Origin: a virus
Length of the DNA: 64,000 bases
IMG/VR virus record: IMGVR_UViG_3300020408_000003
Location: 17,649-81,648 of that record
Strand: one strand, 5' to 3'
Positions within the stretch are counted from its first letter, which is position 1; each line of letters opens with the position of its first letter. The position numbers and the translations under genes are program-made. The notes beneath the pieces were generated by a model. The model was not told the DNA's origin. It saw nothing but the letters and a program-made list of their open reading frames with translations, and did no database searches. Below are positions 9,241 to 18,190 of this stretch, piece by piece.

Positions 9241-9707
9241 ACTTTTCTCCCGAGTTTTACATCTAAAAATTTTTTTAGTTCGTCTAACATTTTTTGCTCG
9301 TATATTCTACCAGCTTCACCATTAAAATTGCGATTACGCGGTGAGGGATGATCAATTTTGTAATTATCTATAGCATATTTTTTACACACTCTAGCTACAA
9401 GATGACCAAGCGCTATGATAACTTTTTTTCCTTTTACTGCTTTTTGTAAAGCGGATTCATCAACTTGTTTAATATCTTTACAGTTCATGATATGCGGTAT
9501 TACATTATGAAAATCCCATTCTTCTAAACCAAGTCTAACAGTCCAATCTTCTAATCGAGCAAAAGTTCCGTGTGGCTGTATTTTACCTTCTTTAAATTTT
9601 TTTCTAAAGGTATCAGAATTTCTAGAAGAAGGAGATTCTCCTAATATTAATACATCATTAGACAATTTGTGATTACTTAAAAAATCTAAAACATTTGATA
9701 ATTTCAT
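9237..9707 (-). CDS. Uracil-DNA glycosylase superfamily protein
   Basis: Motif A-like ILGESPS, IIALG, motif B-like HPSPRN. Confidence 0.75.
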   Translation of the reverse strand: MKLSNVLDFLSNHKLSNDVLILGESPSSRNSDTFRKKFKEGKIQPHGTFARLEDWTVRLGLEEWDFHNVIPHIMNCKDIKQVDESALQKAVKGKKVIIALGHLVARVCKKYAIDNYKIDHPSPRNRNFNGEAGRIYEQKMLDELKKFLDVKLGRKV

Positions 9708-10168
9708 TGATCTGGCTCCACTATTTGATAATATATTTTTGCTTCTTTAAATAAACTTTCTGTTAATTTCCAAGAATCAATCCATCTTTCTGGTATTTTT
9801 GCTCTTATAAAAACTCTTTTTATTCCAACTTGTATTATGGCTTTAGCACATCGATGACATGTTGGAAGACCAGTTATATACATTGCGGCTCCTTCTAATG
9901 GTACTCCACTATTCGTAGCATTGTATATAGCATTTTCTTCAGCATGAACTATATAGTCATATTTAAGAATTCGGTTACTATATTTATCAGGACAGTCTTT
10001 TATACCACGAGGAAACCCATTATATCCTTGAGTTAATATTTGTCCTTTTTTACCAACTACTATAGCACCGATCTTTGTCGATGGATCTTTAGACCAAGAC
10101 GAAATCTGATCTGCAATATCTAAATATCTTTTATCCCAATCATTTAACAAGGTGAAAATGCCTTTCAT
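9704..10168 (-). CDS. cd: dCMP deaminase
   Basis: SKDPSTKIGA, GYNGFPRG, HAEENAI, PTCHRC. Confidence 0.92.
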   Translation of the reverse strand: MKGIFTLLNDWDKRYLDIADQISSWSKDPSTKIGAIVVGKKGQILTQGYNGFPRGIKDCPDKYSNRILKYDYIVHAEENAIYNATNSGVPLEGAAMYITGLPTCHRCAKAIIQVGIKRVFIRAKIPERWIDSWKLTESLFKEAKIYYQIVEPDQ

Positions 10169-10835
10169 ATACGTGAAGATTTTGTACTTGCCAAATCATA
10201 TGACCTAATGATATTTTATCACCAGTATCGTATTCTTCAAACTTGCAATCATTCCAATCTTTAACTAATCTATTCATGATTTCAAACTGCCAAGCGTAAT
10301 CATTTTTATAACCAAAGACTACATCATTAGAACGCATTTGAACTACAGCATGTAAGATATTATCTCGTATGTAATACGTAACGCTATTAGTACAAATAAA
10401 ATCGTTTTTACCGTTTTCATTATATTCCATCCAAATTGAAGGGCGATTGTAAACCATACAAGCACGACGGCTATCTGGGTTTCTTATCAGTTCATCTAAT
10501 ACTTGACCGTATTGGTTATGGTATTTATCATTGAAAATTAGATGACCGTAGTTAGAATTAATTTCTCCATGTTTATTTGCTGAATATTCCCAACATTTAG
10601 GTGGATCTTCAAATTCTCTTATGTCATTAATATTAGTCGACTGACTATCATACCATTTTATCTCGCTGTCGATATATTCTTGACTTGGTGTTCCGAATAT
10701 AGATGGTTCATCTGCTATGAATGATGCACCGATTAATTCAATCGTTGACATACCACTTCTATCAATAGTAAATGCTTTATCGTATAATTCATCGATAAAA
10801 TGTTTACGTATGTCGTTTACAGTCATCATTCGCAT
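10140..10835 (-). CDS. 42: dCMP hydroxymethylase (T4 gp42-like thymidylate synthase homologue)
   Basis: DFICTN and MRSNDVVFGYKNDYAWQ closely match T4 gp42. Asp occupies the base-specificity position where ThyA has Asn. A separate thyX is present. Confidence 0.85.
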   Translation of the reverse strand: MRMMTVNDIRKHFIDELYDKAFTIDRSGMSTIELIGASFIADEPSIFGTPSQEYIDSEIKWYDSQSTNINDIREFEDPPKCWEYSANKHGEINSNYGHLIFNDKYHNQYGQVLDELIRNPDSRRACMVYNRPSIWMEYNENGKNDFICTNSVTYYIRDNILHAVVQMRSNDVVFGYKNDYAWQFEIMNRLVKDWNDCKFEEYDTGDKISLGHMIWQVQNLHVYERHFHLVK

Positions 10836-11235
10836 CTTGTACTCTCTTTCTCAAATCTGATGTTGAAAATTTGTGGTCTCTTTTATTAAAGTGTAATTGT
10901 ATACCACGCTTTTTACATTCATCCTTTCCAGTAAAATCTTTATCACGGTATTCTTCACCTAAAATTCTTATATCGATCGGATACATGTTTATTATATCAC
11001 ATAATTCTGTTTCTGTACAATAAATAATTACTTCATCAACGTATTTTATAGCGCATAATTGTGCTTGTCTTTCTACAATAGATTGAACTGGAGGATTTTT
11101 GTTCTCTCTATCAAGAGAAGGATCTACTTGTAAGCCAACTATCAAATGATCACAAACTGATTTTGCTTCACGTAACATCGCTACATGACCAGCATGTAAT
11201 AAATCAAAAGTGCTGCAAGTAAATCCGACTTTCAT
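10804..11235 (-). CDS. Cytidylyltransferase (TagD/glycerol-3-phosphate cytidylyltransferase-like)
   Basis: FDLLHAGH HxGH motif, YVDEVI, RDHKFSTS. Confidence 0.88.
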   Translation of the reverse strand: MKVGFTCSTFDLLHAGHVAMLREAKSVCDHLIVGLQVDPSLDRENKNPPVQSIVERQAQLCAIKYVDEVIIYCTETELCDIINMYPIDIRILGEEYRDKDFTGKDECKKRGIQLHFNKRDHKFSTSDLRKRVQDANDDCKRHT

Positions 11236-11405
11236 TCTACTGCATCTTCAATACAAACAAAACTCGTACCAAGTTCTGCTTCTTCTTTATGCAATATTGC
11301 ATTCTTCCAACATTCATATTCACCAGTATAATAATCAAGTGATTCGCCTTCGACTATTCCTTGAGCGTTAATCACAACAGCGACAAGTATATAACCTAAG
11401 ATCAT
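11232..11405 (-). CDS. Small hypothetical protein (57 aa; not in the ORF track)
   Basis: MILGYILVAVVINAQG...EYECW...FVCIEDAVE; ATGA overlaps with both neighbours. Confidence 0.7.
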   Translation of the reverse strand: MILGYILVAVVINAQGIVEGESLDYYTGEYECWKNAILHKEEAELGTSFVCIEDAVE

Positions 11406-11764
11406 GATTCCTCGTCTGATTTAATTACTTTACTTTTTTTCTTTCGATTTAAAAAATCATGATCTGCGTTTTGACCTTGCATTTTACCGCGACAATATTC
11501 TACGATGAATGAACCGTAGTTAATCATATCTTTTGCAGAATCTTCGATTGATTCGAAGTTAGGATCATAGTCAGGATCGTTTTGCATTGCTTCGATAACT
11601 GATCGCATACGAAGCATTTTAGCATGAATAATATCTAAAAGCGTTGCTACACCTTGTGGATAATAATCTGCTTGTTGTATGCGCGAATTAGGATTTTGAT
11701 AATCATTACCTTTTTTAGCTTGTAGTTCTGCGCATTCTTGTAAAACTTTAATTGATTCTTTCAT
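11402..11764 (-). CDS. Nucleotide-modification-associated helical protein (Nmad1/DUF1599-like)
   Basis: KKGNDY and ESIEDSAKDMINY pattern; first gene of the modification operon. Confidence 0.6.
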   Translation of the reverse strand: MKESIKVLQECAELQAKKGNDYQNPNSRIQQADYYPQGVATLLDIIHAKMLRMRSVIEAMQNDPDYDPNFESIEDSAKDMINYGSFIVEYCRGKMQGQNADHDFLNRKKKSKVIKSDEES

Positions 11765-11781
11765 TATACACCTCCGAATAT

Positions 11782-11810
11782 ATTATACACTATTAAATTT
11801 TTTTTGTACA
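11782..11810 (-). promoter_or_regulatory. sigma70-type early promoter of the DNA-modification operon
   Basis: TGTACA-N17-TATAAT followed by a GGAGG SD. Confidence 0.75.
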
Positions 11811-11816
11811 TAGGTA

Positions 11817-12320
11817 TTAAGCAACTTCTTCTAGAGATGGGGGTGGAGGATAAGGAAAACGCATCTCTCCATCTATATTTTGAAGAAGTTCAAGAGCACG
11901 ATTAGCTTCTACATAACCACAGATTTCGTAGTTAGCTTGTTTATTTGCTTCAAGTGGAGTCCAACGATTTCCATCAGCCCATTTCCAAACAACAATGTAT
12001 TTGACTGTGCCGTCGTTGATGCGGTCTTGTGCATATGGACTTAGCTTAACGCCTTTCTTAGCGAACTGCTTATATTCCATTTCACCAAAATCTTTGTGCA
12101 TAGTATCGTATTGAAAACCCCAATAAACTTCTTGCTTAGAGTCAACTTGACACTGATGATACTCGGGAAACTCTGCTTCCCAACGTCTACGTTCACTCAT
12201 AAGATCGAGATCGCGTTTACCGCTTTGATAACTTTTTTCTGCACGCTCACGTAAACGTTTTAAAATATAATTGTCTGGCGTAGCAGATACAATTTTATTA
12301 ATTTCAATAAATTTATTCAT
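11817..12320 (-). CDS. Hypothetical protein, possible PD-(D/E)XK nuclease
   Basis: E...YD(X8)EYK spacing resembles the PD-(D/E)XK motif; weak. Confidence 0.45.
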   Translation of the reverse strand: MNKFIEINKIVSATPDNYILKRLRERAEKSYQSGKRDLDLMSERRRWEAEFPEYHQCQVDSKQEVYWGFQYDTMHKDFGEMEYKQFAKKGVKLSPYAQDRINDGTVKYIVVWKWADGNRWTPLEANKQANYEICGYVEANRALELLQNIDGEMRFPYPPPPSLEEVA

Positions 12321-12330
12321 AATATGTTTC

Positions 12331-12513
12331 TCACTTAATATTAGATAATACTTTACAAATTTCTTTTACTGTAAAACAGTTAATAATATTGCCTTGTAAT
12401 TCACGATAATTTTTTGGTTTATAATCTTGAATTATATCAATAGCAGTTGTTTTAGCTTCATAAGAAGCTTCGGTGAATTTTACTTTAAATTCTTTTATTA
12501 TTTTATTAATCAT
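12331..12513 (-). CDS. Hypothetical protein
   Basis: ORF in the operon, coupled to the upstream gene. Confidence 0.55.
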   Translation of the reverse strand: MINKIIKEFKVKFTEASYEAKTTAIDIIQDYKPKNYRELQGNIINCFTVKEICKVLSNIK

Positions 12514-12773
12514 TAAACTAACCCTTCTAATACAGTAAAAGCTTTTTCAAATAAATCGTGTACAGCTGAATCATACTCGAAACCAGATTCTACACCAAAA
12601 TCAAAACTTGAAGAAGTTCTAAATGAATCAAAATATCCAAAAGTAATAAAAGCTTTTGCTAATTCTAATGGATCGTTAGATGCACATACAATTCCTGTAC
12701 TATTGTGAAGTTCTAATTTACCTTCACCTGCGCTTAAATAATGTATTTTATCAAATATTGGTGTATCAATCAT
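12513..12773 (-). CDS. Hypothetical early protein
   Basis: AAGGAG SD and an upstream promoter. Confidence 0.65.
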   Translation of the reverse strand: MIDTPIFDKIHYLSAGEGKLELHNSTGIVCASNDPLELAKAFITFGYFDSFRTSSSFDFGVESGFEYDSAVHDLFEKAFTVLEGLV

Positions 12774-12800
12774 AATATAATTTCTCCTTGTTATAATACT

Positions 12801-12829
12801 AATATAATACTTTTTTCAGAAATGTACAC
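12801..12829 (-). promoter_or_regulatory. sigma70-type early promoter
   Basis: GTGTACA-N16-TATATT in an AT-rich intergenic gap. Confidence 0.55.
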
Positions 12830-12887
12830 GGTAAAAACGCATTTTTTTTAAATTAATTGAATTTTTTATGTAATTGTGTCTTTTATG

Positions 12888-13811
12888 TTACACATTACGA
12901 TAGACATATTCTAATGCTCTATCTGCTTCTTTTTTAATCGGACGTTTTTGATACCAATTACCGTTATCGATATCAAACTCACGACATAGATTTGTGATTT
13001 CATCCACGTTTATAGGATATTTAGACTTAATAGCATTACCAGCTATAGCAACCATAATTTGATACATCTTATGATACCAACCAGTTTTAGTAATCGTCTT
13101 ATATTCATTTGCTAATTGCATAGGCCAAAATGGACAATCGCGATAAGAAGACCAAGAAAAATCATTATCAAGTTTATTTTTCTTATATTCTAAAACTTCT
13201 TTCTGCAATGCTTCAGGTAATCTATCGAAAAAACTATTAAGCGTAGCTTTTTCTGGCATAGGATGTTTTGCTATTAAAGCATCGGGATCAAGAACATCAC
13301 CATTGTTACTGAATATAAAATTAAAAGCACGATCATATTTCGCAGGGATATAATACATTCTCGATAAGTCTTTAGTTTGCTTATCGCCAAGTTCACCGAG
13401 TTCGGATTGGAGTGCAAACCAGAATTTTCTAATTCTATCGTTCGGGACATTGTTTCTAACTGGGAACACGAGTCGGAACTTTGGAGCATTAGTCTTAGAG
13501 CTTGCAGTACTATAACACACAAAACGCAAATGACTAAAGCGAGTAAGTAGCTCATCTTTTAAATCTCCTTTAAATTCAAAATCATCAACATCAACACAAC
13601 ACCATTGAGACCATTCGATAACGTTATCGTTTGCTCGTGTAGTATCTTTTTTATACACAGCAGGAGATATTAGAACAGCGTCTTTCTTTGATTTAAGTTT
13701 TCTTTTAGATAAATCATATAATAATTTTTCGAAAGAATCAAAATCTTGATGTTCTAATATCTTATCAGTTTTGTTATCGAATATATTTTTAAATATTGTG
13801 TATTTAATCAT
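12888..13811 (-). CDS. Archaeo-eukaryotic primase/primase-polymerase-like protein
   Basis: hhhDhD motif (CCVDVDD), YSTAS...PKFRLVFP, D.SRMYYIP. Confidence 0.7.
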   Translation of the reverse strand: MIKYTIFKNIFDNKTDKILEHQDFDSFEKLLYDLSKRKLKSKKDAVLISPAVYKKDTTRANDNVIEWSQWCCVDVDDFEFKGDLKDELLTRFSHLRFVCYSTASSKTNAPKFRLVFPVRNNVPNDRIRKFWFALQSELGELGDKQTKDLSRMYYIPAKYDRAFNFIFSNNGDVLDPDALIAKHPMPEKATLNSFFDRLPEALQKEVLEYKKNKLDNDFSWSSYRDCPFWPMQLANEYKTITKTGWYHKMYQIMVAIAGNAIKSKYPINVDEITNLCREFDIDNGNWYQKRPIKKEADRALEYVYRNV

Positions 13812-14242
13812 TATCTTTTCTTAATACCATCATTTATATTTCCATGATTCTTCTTATGGCTAGGACCTTTCCATCCATCTGGTTTAATTAAATCAGGTAA
13901 TCCTAAAGGATTTGGTCTTGACGGTTTAACACCGGGTTCTTTTGACATATTAGCTTTATGTACGCTATTCCACGCTTTATACGCATCAACGCCAAAAGCA
14001 TCTAAAGTACCGATGGCAACAACGCAAAGATCGATTAATCCATCAACTATCTCTTCAGGATTTTTATCTGTAAAAGCAGCTTTACGTGTTTCATCTAGTT
14101 CTTCTTTTAAAAAGTTAAGACGAAATTCTAAAAACTTTTCAAGCTTATGCAATTCGCCTTTATCTTTTGTTTTTTTAAACCAATCATGTACACCAAACTT
14201 AGCATGCATGTTATTAATATCTTTTACCCAATTTTTTGTCAT
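13811..14242 (-). CDS. MazG-like NTP pyrophosphohydrolase
   Basis: EELDE...EEIVDGLID acidic motifs, VHKANMSK, KPDGW. Confidence 0.8.
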   Translation of the reverse strand: MTKNWVKDINNMHAKFGVHDWFKKTKDKGELHKLEKFLEFRLNFLKEELDETRKAAFTDKNPEEIVDGLIDLCVVAIGTLDAFGVDAYKAWNSVHKANMSKEPGVKPSRPNPLGLPDLIKPDGWKGPSHKKNHGNINDGIKKR

Positions 14243-14247
14243 ATTAT

Positions 14248-14276
14248 ATTATACTCCATTTTTTATCATTTGTAAA
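14248..14276 (-). promoter_or_regulatory. sigma70-type promoter, probably leaderless
   Basis: TTTACA-N17-TATAAT with ATG 5 nt downstream. Confidence 0.7.
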
Positions 14277-14279
14277 TGC

Positions 14280-16769
14280 TTAAACAAAGAAATCTTCTAA
14301 CGTAGCTTTTTCTTCGGCAGACCACCCTACAGCGTTAAGTATGAAATTAAGTGGCTCGATGAAAGTTTTTTCAAACTGTAAATTATAGTCAACGTATTTG
14401 TGAAGTTTAAATTCCGTTGGTAAAACATCAGGAAATGCTATAACATTTTCGTGAATTGAATTTGGTATTTTTAAATATGTAAATTTAATCCTATCACCGT
14501 TAACTACTGATTCATATTTTCTTGTTAATTTATTATGTATTAAATATTTATTATATAGTATAGAACCGCGTACATGAATCGGAGTACCTTTCTTGTAAGT
14601 ACCACGATTTTGCCAATTAGTTATATTAGATATTGAACGAGGAAAACTTACTTCTTCTGGTGGCAATTTACAAAATTCTTCTTTAAAGCTTGCGATATAT
14701 TCTTGAGTTTGCCGTTCTGAACCTGATAATATAATCTTAAATATTTCTTTAAACTTATCTCGGCAAATCTCAGGAGTCGAAGATTTTATGGCTTCGATAC
14801 CCATAATCTTAAGTTTAGGTTCAGCATATTGTACACCTTCTGAATTGTGAACATTAAGAATATATCTTTTCTTTGCAGTCCAAATGCCACGATCAGCAAT
14901 AACTTCTCTACCCATTTCCATACGATTTTTATGCGCATTCATGTTATTAAACAATTTATCATAAGCTTTTTTCAGAGTTGGTTCAAAATGTTCAATACAG
15001 ATTTTATCAAGAAATTTAACTGGATCTTTTGGTTTTAATTGTTTTATTAAAGGACCAAAATTGATATACAAGCTATCAGTATCAATAGCGATAACATAAT
15101 CTTTATCATTTGTTTTCATTACCTCGTTCATAGTTTCGTTCATTGCTTTTTCAGCCCATTGTATGGCAAGCTGACCAGATAAAGTTACACCTTCTGCTAA
15201 TCGTAAATCAAAATATTTAAAGTATTGATTACCTAAAGCACCATAAAGAGAGTTCATCAAAATCTTAATAGCCATTTGCTGATTACCAAGTGTGTTGATT
15301 TCAGATTGTAGACTTTCATCTTTTGTCTTTTGATATTGTTGCTCTGTAGCTAACATTATCTTTTTTATAGACGTACGTTCTGCATAATAATCTTCGATGA
15401 TAGTTGGTAATACACCATCAAATTTTTTATGATACGTTGAACCATTTGCGGCAACTGCAAATTTAGTTTTATCTGGTAATCCTCCGTTTAAATAATAATC
15501 AACACCGTTTTTCTGACTTTGATCGATAAGAGTTTCTGGCGACATATTATATTGTACGATAAGATTAGGATATAGAGAATTTAAATCGAAAGAAACTACC
15601 CAATCATGAGCGCCAACATGTGGATCTTTCACATAACCACCAGCAAATTTAAATTTACGCGCTTCTGGTAATATAGCAGGTGGAACTAATTTTTGTGAAT
15701 ATAGTTTTCTATGAATGATAGATTCCCATATCGATGTTACTCCAAAGGTATCTTGATAATTAACACCGCCTTTATAGGCTATAGTCATGGCTAAAGTAAT
15801 CAATCCCATTTTATCTTCAAGACGATCGACTAATTGTACGTCTTTCATATTATAATCGATATACTTTTGAAAGTCATCTTTATAAAGATTTCTTAATGAA
15901 CCAGACTCTTCATAAGAAAGTTTCTTTTCACCAAGAACAACATAAGCTATATGATTCAATTTATATGACTCTTGTGGACCGTACGTATAACCAAACTTTT
16001 GAAAGAGTTCAAGATAATCTAAAGTTTGTATACCTCTTATATCGTATACTTCTTCTTTTTTACCTCTACGTGTAATCTCTCTACTTTCTACCATACCCCA
16101 TGGCGAAAACCTTTTTACACTATCAGTACCAAGGATACGAGCAGTACGATTTATTAAATATGGAATATCAAAAAATCTTGTATTCCAACCAGTAATAACG
16201 TCGGGCATTTGATCTGGTTTAGACCACCACTGTAAAAATTTATTGAATAGATCTTTTTCATCTTTACATTTTACGTAAACAACTGGTTTGATAAGTGCTT
16301 TATCTACGTCATAATCACCATAACCCCATACCCAAAATACATCAGACTTACTCGATTTAACAGTAATAGCTAAAACATCTTGAGTTGCTTCGCTTGGATG
16401 TGGGAAACCATCGTCATAATCTGTTTCGATATCGATAGTGACTACGTTAATCCATTCTCTTTTAAATTTTATTTCGTTTGGAAATTTATTGGTTATATAC
16501 TGATGTATATAATTTGTAGTACCAAACACTTTACGGTTTGCTACTTCTTTATTATTTTCTATCCATGTTTTTGCTTCACGCATTGTCATAAAACTTAGTC
16601 TACCAACGTTATGACCGTACAACGAATGCCAACCAGTTTCTTTTTTAGATGAAACAAAAAACTCTGGCGAAAACTTATCTTTACGATATACGTTTTTACC
16701 AGAGCTATCATAGCCACGATACAACATAGAATTACCGTAGCGAACTACTGAAGTATAAAAATTAGACAT
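14280..16769 (-). CDS. 43: Family B DNA polymerase gp43
   Basis: DIET exonuclease motif, SFDLNSLYP, KILMNSLYGALGN, IDTDS, KKRY. Confidence 0.97.
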   Translation of the reverse strand: MSNFYTSVVRYGNSMLYRGYDSSGKNVYRKDKFSPEFFVSSKKETGWHSLYGHNVGRLSFMTMREAKTWIENNKEVANRKVFGTTNYIHQYITNKFPNEIKFKREWINVVTIDIETDYDDGFPHPSEATQDVLAITVKSSKSDVFWVWGYGDYDVDKALIKPVVYVKCKDEKDLFNKFLQWWSKPDQMPDVITGWNTRFFDIPYLINRTARILGTDSVKRFSPWGMVESREITRRGKKEEVYDIRGIQTLDYLELFQKFGYTYGPQESYKLNHIAYVVLGEKKLSYEESGSLRNLYKDDFQKYIDYNMKDVQLVDRLEDKMGLITLAMTIAYKGGVNYQDTFGVTSIWESIIHRKLYSQKLVPPAILPEARKFKFAGGYVKDPHVGAHDWVVSFDLNSLYPNLIVQYNMSPETLIDQSQKNGVDYYLNGGLPDKTKFAVAANGSTYHKKFDGVLPTIIEDYYAERTSIKKIMLATEQQYQKTKDESLQSEINTLGNQQMAIKILMNSLYGALGNQYFKYFDLRLAEGVTLSGQLAIQWAEKAMNETMNEVMKTNDKDYVIAIDTDSLYINFGPLIKQLKPKDPVKFLDKICIEHFEPTLKKAYDKLFNNMNAHKNRMEMGREVIADRGIWTAKKRYILNVHNSEGVQYAEPKLKIMGIEAIKSSTPEICRDKFKEIFKIILSGSERQTQEYIASFKEEFCKLPPEEVSFPRSISNITNWQNRGTYKKGTPIHVRGSILYNKYLIHNKLTRKYESVVNGDRIKFTYLKIPNSIHENVIAFPDVLPTEFKLHKYVDYNLQFEKTFIEPLNFILNAVGWSAEEKATLEDFFV

Positions 16770-16775
16770 AATATA

Positions 16776-16804
16776 ATTATATCACAAATATAAATTTTTG
16801 TAAA
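16776..16804 (-). promoter_or_regulatory. sigma70-type promoter of gene 43, probably leaderless
   Basis: TTTACA-N17-TATAAT, ATG 6 nt downstream, no SD. Confidence 0.72.
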
Positions 16805-16812
16805 CTGTTTTT

Positions 16813-17283
16813 TTACATAAGTTCAAAATGTGGACCATCAATAAAAGGACGTCTTCCCTCACTTCTTCTTAAATCTATATAAGCGTTCATAGCATCTTCT
16901 GCTGTACCTGGATATGATCTAATATCTCCTTCAGACCATGCAGCACCCCATTTTATCGCCACGCCTTTTTCTTCGGCTGCTTGTTTAAATGCATCACATA
17001 TATCATCATAAACATTTATTTCCCAAATGACGTCTGATCCGTCATAAGCTACTACATCTACGGCATGCGAATAACCGCTGCCATCTTGAAGTAAATGTTT
17101 TGAATTCATAGTCTGAGATCTACCAGATTCGTATAATTTTTTCTGTTCTTCTAAAGTTCTAACTCCATAAGTGACGCCAAAGTCAACTTTAGTTATTTCT
17201 ATTGCTCTTTCAACTACCGCGACCATATCTGGATGGACGCCTTCTAATTTTCCTCGACTTCTCGACGATAAACTAAATGCCAT
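16813..17283 (-). CDS. Peptidase M15 (L-Ala-D-Glu peptidase) endolysin
   Basis: RTLEEQ, SKHL, HAVD, WG..W, DGPHFEL. Confidence 0.88.
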   Translation of the reverse strand: MAFSLSSRSRGKLEGVHPDMVAVVERAIEITKVDFGVTYGVRTLEEQKKLYESGRSQTMNSKHLLQDGSGYSHAVDVVAYDGSDVIWEINVYDDICDAFKQAAEEKGVAIKWGAAWSEGDIRSYPGTAEDAMNAYIDLRRSEGRRPFIDGPHFELM

Positions 17284-17304
17284 ATTTCATCTCCTGTTAA
17301 ATTT

Positions 17305-17330
17305 AAAGGGACGAGTTTCCCCGTCCCTTT
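17305..17330 (-). terminator. Stem-loop (probable terminator) upstream of the endolysin gene
   Basis: AAAGGGACG / CGTCCCTTT inverted repeat. Confidence 0.7.
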
Positions 17331-17338
17331 TATTTATA
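17331..17338 (-). promoter_or_regulatory. Late promoter TATAAATA for the endolysin
   Basis: Exact consensus directly abutting the hairpin. Confidence 0.7.
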
Positions 17339-17486
17339 TCCATCCTTTTAGATTAGGATTGATAAGTTGTTTTTGTCTTCTTTCTAGTTCAACTAAGTCG
17401 TGCGAACTAGCAAGCCATTCTTCTCTAAGTTCTTGTTGAGATTTAGGCCTTAAGTTCCAAATATATTTTAATATTGATTGAATCAT
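17334..17486 (-). CDS. Small protein (50 aa, DUF3563-like; not in the ORF track)
   Basis: MIQSILKYIW...EEWLASSHDLVELERRQKQL; ATGA overlap with the upstream ORF. Confidence 0.6.
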   Translation of the reverse strand: MIQSILKYIWNLRPKSQQELREEWLASSHDLVELERRQKQLINPNLKGWI

Positions 17487-17707
17487 TTTAGCCCCATCTT
17501 TTCATTTAATCTAACTGTTAAACTATCTACAGTTTCGTGCATATAATCTGACCTAGCATGTCTAAGTAAAAGTATAGCAACTTCTCTATTTGTAGATTTC
17601 TGTCTAGCGGTTGTCCAACCCATATACAGTTTGATTAATAAAGTTTTTAAAGATTTTGATAGGCTTTCAAGCAGACTCGTTGAGTAGTTGAGCACTATTG
17701 TTGTCAT
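17483..17707 (-). CDS. Hypothetical protein
   Basis: ORF with a GGGAG SD, downstream of hsp20. Confidence 0.6.
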   Translation of the reverse strand: MTTIVLNYSTSLLESLSKSLKTLLIKLYMGWTTARQKSTNREVAILLLRHARSDYMHETVDSLTVRLNEKMGLK

Positions 17708-18131
17708 TGGTTTTTCTCCCAGTTCCGATTGAAATTTGCTGGGGTCGCATCTTTTCCGGTAGGACCACTTCTATACTGACAGTAAGAATCCCATCCGTTA
17801 AATCCGCACCATTGACTTCTGCGTACTCTGATAACCTGAACGACTTTACAAACTTTCGACCAGATATACCTTTATGAACATATTTGTTCTGATCTCTTCT
17901 AGCTTCACGATCGCCCGTAATTGTAAGCACGTGATCTTTGAGTTCTATAGATATATCTTCTTTTGAAAAACCAGCAATAGCTAATTCAATATCGTACTTC
18001 ATATCGCCGTCTTTGACAACGTTATGCGGTGGATATGTATCTTTTGCGTGATTTGTGATGTTTTCGAGTTCATCGAATAAATGGTCGAAACCTAAAAAAG
18101 CGTTCCTAGGGAACATAAAAGTACCAGTCAT
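17667..18131 (-). CDS. hsp20: Small heat shock protein Hsp20 (IbpA-like)
   Basis: YPPHN, ELAIAGF, YVHKGISGRKF, A.L.DGIL. Confidence 0.93.
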   Translation of the reverse strand: MTGTFMFPRNAFLGFDHLFDELENITNHAKDTYPPHNVVKDGDMKYDIELAIAGFSKEDISIELKDHVLTITGDREARRDQNKYVHKGISGRKFVKSFRLSEYAEVNGADLTDGILTVSIEVVLPEKMRPQQISIGTGRKTNDNNSAQLLNESA

Positions 18132-18190
18132 GTTTACCTCCTATGACGTAGCAAGGTTAAAATATAGGACCCATTATTGGCATCCTATTA
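18129..18190 (-). promoter_or_regulatory. ROSE-like RNA thermometer in the hsp20 5' UTR
   Basis: ACCUUGCU pairs with the AGGAGGU SD leaving a bulged G; an upstream hairpin UAGGAUGCC/GGGUCCUA is present. Confidence 0.75.

Noticed and set aside
10140-10835. Ordinary ThyA thymidylate synthase
   Set aside because: Asp at the specificity position, gp42-like flanking motifs, and a separate thyX.
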